The notes under the pieces were generated by a model. The model was not told the DNA's origin. It did not search any database and was given only the letters and a program-made list of their open reading frames with translations. Source: an uncultured Gemmatimonadaceae bacterium (GTDB lineage: Bacteria; Gemmatimonadota; Gemmatimonadetes; Gemmatimonadales; Gemmatimonadaceae). Taken from it: 64,000 nucleotides of DNA. The stretch lies in NCBI GenBank assembly GCA_963781585.1, contig CAWAGQ010000003.1, positions 256,001-320,000 on the forward strand. The letters are read 5' to 3'. Within the stretch, counting starts at the first letter, position 1, and each line of letters opens with the position of its first letter. A program made the translations under genes and the position numbers. Of the stretch, positions 59,413-64,000 are shown one piece after another.

Positions 59413-59875
59413 ATGGCCCTCGACGGAGTCGAACGCGAATAGTCTGCGCTCCGCCAGCAATCGGACGCCGTGCGCAGCTATCTTTGACCCCGCCGGGTAA
59501 AGAGCCCAACTTCAAATAACTGGAACAGCAGGCCTAAGCGCCCGGCTGTTGGCGCAGCCCGAAAAGAGCCGGATGATCAGCCAGGAGCGTAAGCGTCTCC
59601 AAGAGGCACTGGAGAAGGTCGACGATCTCGCGCCCCGAACTTCCGATTTGGACACGCTAGTTGAGTTGCCGCGCGAGGGCGAAAATGTCCTCGCCGATCT
59701 CACCGCCGACACCAAGTCCTTCTCTGAACGGTTGGGAAGGTCGAAACCGCAATGCTGCCCTCCGGTCAGAACGACGCGAAGAGCGCTATCGTCACCATCC
59801 ATCCCGACGCCGCAGAACTCAAATCCAAGATTGGGCGGACAATGATGAGGATAGGAGTTTCTATCGAGCGCCGGC
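59413..59875 (+). pseudogene. prfB: 5' remnant of peptide chain release factor 2
   Basis: [23 protein letters not shown] then CTT-TGA-C at 59482-59488; fragments LEQQA*APGCW, QPEKSRMISQERKRL, SGQNDAKSAIVTIHP, QDWAD spread over several frames. Confidence 0.8.
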
Positions 59876-60067
59876 AAGATCGGCAGCCGGAAGGCCGTCG
59901 CAAGTCCGACCGGGTGGGCGGGCTTGGGGACCCCTCGGCAGGCGATTCAAGCCCTCGCGCCCTGCGGAGTGGCCTCCTAGGCCGGCCAGGACCCTCCCAG
60001 TGACGCGCGCATGCGGCCCGAACGGACCTGATGAGGGGCCCGCATCCGCGCCCAAGGCCAGCATGGA

Positions 60068-60741
60068 GTAAGTATCCCCCGGCAAAGCCGGGGGCTTTAG
60101 GGTGTGAGCCGCTCAAAGCGGCTGAACGGGGGCGCTAACGCGCCCCCGAGGTCGAGGGCCACTTGATAGGTGGCCGGGTCAACGTCGCCACAGGTTCATC
60201 TGGTCCAGCCGGGCATCCGCGTCCTCCTGCTGCCGGATATACTCCCGGATCACGCCTTCGTCGCGCCCTACCGTCGAGACGAAGTACCCGCGCGCCCAGA
60301 AGTGCTGCCCCACAAAATTCCGCTTCCGCTCCCCGTACACCCGTGCCAGATGGATCGCGCTCTTCCCCTTGATGTATCCGATCACCTGCGACACCGCGTA
60401 CTTCGGCGGAATGGAGATGAGCATGTGCACGTGATCCGACATCAAATGCCCTTCTTCGATCCGACTCTCCTTCTGCCCCGCCAGCCGGTGGAAGACTTCC
60501 CCCAGGTGCTTCCGTAGCGTGCTGTACAACGTCTTCCGGCGCCGCTTCGGAATGAACACTACGTGGTGTTTGCACTCCCATTTCGAATGACTTAGGCTTT
60601 CCGTACGGTCCATCGTGTCGCTCCTTGGTCGTGCGCTTGGCGGCTCACGCCCAGAGTTTCACCGATAGACTGTTCCCTTTCCACTCCCGCAGATGTCAAA
60701 CTTCTGCTGCCTCCCCGGCAGAGCCGGGGGGTCTCCCGTTC
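60068..60741 (-). mobile_element. IS200/IS605-family insertion sequence, tnpA only
   Basis: Subterminal hairpins CCCCCGGC-AAA-GCCGGGGG (60076-60094) and CCCCGGC-AGA-GCCGGGG (60713-60729) flank tnpA; ends approximate. Confidence 0.88.
60179..60613 (-). CDS. tnpA: IS200-family Y1 HUH transposase
   Basis: HVVFIPK, DHVHM, IKGKSA, FWARGYFVSTVG, IREYIRQQ. Confidence 0.97.
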   Translation of the reverse strand: MDRTESLSHSKWECKHHVVFIPKRRRKTLYSTLRKHLGEVFHRLAGQKESRIEEGHLMSDHVHMLISIPPKYAVSQVIGYIKGKSAIHLARVYGERKRNFVGQHFWARGYFVSTVGRDEGVIREYIRQQEDADARLDQMNLWRR

Positions 60742-60941
60742 GTAGCTAGCGATAAGTGGCGAGGACTCCGGCCTATTTCACACGTCTCGCGACGCTCGAG
60801 CTTCTGACGGCGGGGAGAACATTTTACAAGCGGCGTCGGAGCCGCAGCCAACCTCGGCTCGTCCGTCTGCAGCAAGCAAAGTTAGATGGCCCCAATGCGG
60901 CCCTGACCCGGCTGCCACCATTCGCTCAGGGGCAGCGCACG

Positions 60942-61143
60942 TCAGCGCACCGTCACTCCTGCGGTCTTCGCATTCAAGGTGGTCATGTCGGCGCCGGGAC
61001 GGGTGCCATCCGCCCACAGGCCGCGATACGGGCTGGCCGGCGACAGATTATGCTCGCCCACCGCCATGTTCGTGTATCCGAAGCTACCGTCTAACCGCTG
61101 GGAAGTGGTTCCCCAGCGGAGAGGCGATCGTCGCTCCGTTCAT
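60942..61143 (-). pseudogene. Relic C-terminal tail of a beta-helix protein (copy 2)
   Basis: MAVGEHNLSPASPYRGLWADGTRPGADMTTLNAKTAGVTVR-stop. Confidence 0.5.
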
Positions 61144-62078
61144 GGCCGTGATGCCCCGTTCGCATCAGTCTTTTCTTGTCGTCGCGTGAGGATCAGGGGA
61201 TCTCGACGTTCGCGATGGCGCTGTTCACCATCGCGGTGTTGGCTCCAGCTCCAGTCGCTTGCGCCGCACTCAGCGACGAAACGAAGGTGCTACTAGGAAA
61301 GCCGGACCGGTAGCCGCCGATAATCACCGTATGCTGGAAGTTCAGCGTTCCTCTGACGACCTGCGGCAACAAAGATTCGTTGCAGGAGAGCCCGGCCCCG
61401 CACATACCGTAGGCGCCGAACGCGACGATGTTGTCGTGATAGTCGAAGCCATTCACTGCCGGCGCGGTACCAAAAGTCAGGAAGGTCTTGAAGGACGCCG
61501 GCGATGTCATCGTATTATTGCGGATTATGACGTTGCCCGCGCCGTCCAGCAACTGCACCATCTTTGAGTCGCCGATGTAGGGCGCCACGCTTATGTTCTC
61601 GACGATGTTCTGCTCGATCAGCACTCGGTTGAGCAGTTCTCCAACCGGATACGGATTGCTGCCCTCGCGACCGAGGAGGTCGAACGCGCCGGCCGCATTG
61701 CGAATCACGTTGTAACGGACGGTGATGTCGCGCGACGTACACCATGTGCATTGCCCGCTGGAGTTGGCCGACTTGAACATGATCGCGAAACCCACCTGCG
61801 CATCTCCCCAAGATCCGTCGAAGACGTTCCCCTCGATCAGGAAACGCTGCACGTTCTTTGTCTCAAGGAGGTTCTTCTTCGTCCACACGCCGATCCAGCT
61901 CGCCGGCGAGTAGACGAAGTTGCGGCGGAACTCGATGTCGCTGGGAATCAGATTCGGGATGCTCGGGTCCGCGCCACCGAACATCACGTTCTCACCGACG
62001 CCTTCCAGCGTGTTGTTCACGATCTTGTACGGCCCGGGGCCGTTCCAGCCAACAATCGCCTGCGAATCGAAGCCCTTC
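60984..62078. repeat. ~1.1 kb near-identical direct repeat, copy 2
   Basis: Matches 51553-52647. Confidence 0.92.
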
Positions 62079-64000
62079 GCATGGCACTCACTGATGTACG
62101 AATCGATTATCGCCGAGCTCTTGCTCTGCAATGAGATGCACCGCAGGAAACTGAGCGTGCTGAAACCGTGCACGTACGCACGATCGAGAATGAGATTCGA
62201 CGGGATCTTGGCGTCGCTGTTCTGCGCCGATGAACCATCGCCCAGGTCAAGGAGAGAATTGGTGGAGGTGAGGGATGGCGCCGCCGTAATGGTAACCCCC
62301 ATGATCCGCCAGCCGCACGCTCCCGGAGCGACCTTGAGTGCGGCAACGTTGGTGGTCGCGCTCTGGATCTTGGCGTAGCTGGCGGCCGTTGCCGGTGTAA
62401 CGCGGGTGCCCGGCGGCGGCAGCGTCGTATTCGTGGTCAGCACGACCTCGCCGCACCCCGCGTGTTTCGGAAGGACGAACGTCCCCGTATACGTTGCGCC
62501 CGCGGCCAGCTGGATGATGTCGCCCGGCTGAGCCGAATTCAGCGCCGACTGCAGGTTGCCTCCCGAGGGCACGTTCCACACTGTGCCGGTGGGCGGCGAA
62601 TACTGGGTGTTGAGATACACCCGCGGCAGCTCCGGCAGCACGCCAAGCATGCCACCGGGGGTCGTGGGCGCGGACACCGTCACGCTGGCCGATCCGACCA
62701 CGCCCTCGCTCGTTGCCCTGATCTGCGCGTTCCCGGCCGCCACCGCCGTCACCAGCCCCGCGGATGACACGGACGCGACGGAGGCATTCGAGCTGCTGAA
62801 CGAAATCGTCCGGCCGGTGAGCATGTTGCCTGAGGCGTCGCGCAGCACTACGGACGCTTGCGTTGACTGGCCGACGTAGAGCGAAGGTGAAGCCAGCGTC
62901 GTCGTCACCGAGGCGACTGGCGCAGCCGATCCGCTGACCATCACGCTTGCGGAACCGGACTTGCCCCCGGTCGTGGCAACAATTGATGCCGTTCCCGCGC
63001 TCACCGCGCTGACCACACCGGACGACGACACCGTCGCCACCGATGTATTGGCGCTCGACCAGCTGATTGTCTGCCCGGATATGATGTGGCCCGACGCGTC
63101 CCTCGGCACCGCGGTCGCCTGGGTCGTCTGCCCGGCGGTGAGCGTGCTGGAGCCGAGCGTCACCGAGACTGTCGAAACCGCGAGCGGCGAGCCGCTCACC
63201 GCCGCGACCTGGATCACTACGCTCCCGCTCACTCCCTCGCTGGTCGCGGTAATGGTCACCGTGCCGGCACCCGTCGCGGTGACGAGTCCACTCGGCGACA
63301 CGGTTCCAATGCTCGTGCTCGAAGAGGAATACGCGATGGTACGCCCGCTCAGCACGTTCTCCGAATCGTCCCGCAGCGTCACCGTCAGTTGAGACGTGCC
63401 GCCCACCACGATCGCTGTGTAGGCGGCCGTGACGGTCACGGTGCTCACTGCGCCGGCCGGAGGGGCGTCCACCGTCACTGACGCTGCGCCGGATACGCCG
63501 TCTTCGGCCGTGGCAATGATCGAGCTGGTGCCAGCGGACATTGCCGAAACCGTACCGGACGCGGAGACATTGGCGACAGACCTGGGCGAACTGGACCACG
63601 TCACGTAGCGGTTCGTCAGCAGGTTGCCGTTCGCATCTCGCAGGATGTAGTCGGCCTGGGTCGTCTGTCCTACCGCCAGCGACTCGGAGTTGAGCGTCAC
63701 GTCAACCGACGCGACCTGCCCGGACGACGGAGCGGTAACGGTCACGGAAGTAGACGCCACCAGCCCGTCCACGGTGGCAGTGACGGTGGCACTTCCCTCC
63801 CCCACACCAGCTACCAGCCCCGTTGGCGACACCGCGGCCACCGCGTTGTTGCTCGAGGTCCACGACGCGGCGCGATTGACCAGAACGTTGCCGCTCGCGT
63901 CCTTCGCGGTCGCCGTGATCTGCGACGCGCTGCCGGCCAGCAGCGGGAGCGACGTGGGCGACACGGTGAGCGAAGCGGCTGGTGTCGCACTGACCGTGAT
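61193..64000 (-). CDS. Large surface protein: at least five Big_2 Ig-like repeats plus C-terminal beta-helix domain (5' end outside window)
   Basis: Repeats of D.SGN.L..R...[WYF]SSS...VA.VS..G.V.AV.AG...I.AT; frame open to 64000; C-terminus nearly identical to 51762-53315. Confidence 0.9.
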   Translation of the reverse strand: MTVSATPAASLTVSPTSLPLLAGSASQITATAKDASGNVLVNRAASWTSSNNAVAAVSPTGLVAGVGEGSATVTATVDGLVASTSVTVTAPSSGQVASVDVTLNSESLAVGQTTQADYILRDANGNLLTNRYVTWSSSPRSVANVSASGTVSAMSAGTSSIIATAEDGVSGAASVTVDAPPAGAVSTVTVTAAYTAIVVGGTSQLTVTLRDDSENVLSGRTIAYSSSSTSIGTVSPSGLVTATGAGTVTITATSEGVSGSVVIQVAAVSGSPLAVSTVSVTLGSSTLTAGQTTQATAVPRDASGHIISGQTISWSSANTSVATVSSSGVVSAVSAGTASIVATTGGKSGSASVMVSGSAAPVASVTTTLASPSLYVGQSTQASVVLRDASGNMLTGRTISFSSSNASVASVSSAGLVTAVAAGNAQIRATSEGVVGSASVTVSAPTTPGGMLGVLPELPRVYLNTQYSPPTGTVWNVPSGGNLQSALNSAQPGDIIQLAAGATYTGTFVLPKHAGCGEVVLTTNTTLPPPGTRVTPATAASYAKIQSATTNVAALKVAPGACGWRIMGVTITAAPSLTSTNSLLDLGDGSSAQNSDAKIPSNLILDRAYVHGFSTLSFLRCISLQSKSSAIIDSYISECHAKGFDSQAIVGWNGPGPYKIVNNTLEGVGENVMFGGADPSIPNLIPSDIEFRRNFVYSPASWIGVWTKKNLLETKNVQRFLIEGNVFDGSWGDAQVGFAIMFKSANSSGQCTWCTSRDITVRYNVIRNAAGAFDLLGREGSNPYPVGELLNRVLIEQNIVENISVAPYIGDSKMVQLLDGAGNVIIRNNTMTSPASFKTFLTFGTAPAVNGFDYHDNIVAFGAYGMCGAGLSCNESLLPQVVRGTLNFQHTVIIGGYRSGFPSSTFVSSLSAAQATGAGANTAMVNSAIANVEIP

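Noticed and set aside
60010..60050. Hammerhead ribozyme suggested by CTGATGAG within a stem
   Set aside because: No GAAA core at the right position and no room for stems I and III
59876..60178. TnpB or omega-RNA associated with the IS
   Set aside because: No TnpB ORF; the element ends about 110 bp after tnpA
51553..62078. Diversity-generating retroelement TR/VR pair
   Set aside because: Differences between the copies are not adenine-specific (e.g. CAC/TAC, GGG/GCG, CCC/CCT), the repeat is far longer than a TR, and no reverse transcriptase is present
1..64000. PEP-CTERM/exosortase system, tRNA, rRNA or CRISPR array
   Set aside because: Gene content resembles exosortase-associated EPS loci, but no exosortase, PEP-CTERM tail, structural RNA gene or repeat-spacer array was recognised

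Overview
High-GC bacterial window (probably Gemmatimonadota, inferred from gene style) occupied almost entirely by a large, mosaic Wzx/Wzy-type exopolysaccharide/capsule locus. It contains a sigma-54 activator, wzc, a wza-like SLBB protein, a priming transferase, many GT2/GT4/GT-C enzymes, a CDP-branched-sugar pathway, wzx, a wzy-like polymerase, wecB, two asnB-type amidotransferases, two deacetylases, a heparinase II/III-like protein, PaaK-like and DUF362 genes, and two beta-helix secreted proteins. Highlights: (1) a complete PAPS supply and recycling module (APS kinase-Sat fusion in the kinase-first order, PHP pAp-phosphatase, SLC13 transporter, degenerate second CysC) with no recognisable sulfotransferase, but with a divergent cytoplasmic alkaline-phosphatase-superfamily enzyme and an unannotated 44-aa membrane peptide, which together are a candidate non-canonical glycan sulfation system; (2) a recurring TGYGGC-N6-GCYACA box paired with sigma-54 promoters; (3) a ~1.1 kb near-identical direct repeat 9431 bp apart, each copy followed by a relic C-terminal coding tail; (4) a methyltransferase flanked by decayed purF and prfB fragments, including the RF2 CTT-TGA-C frameshift site, suggesting a captured piece of foreign chromosome; (5) a broken wzb at a probable insertion junction; (6) an IS200-type element. 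All calls come from reading motifs by eye; no searches were run.
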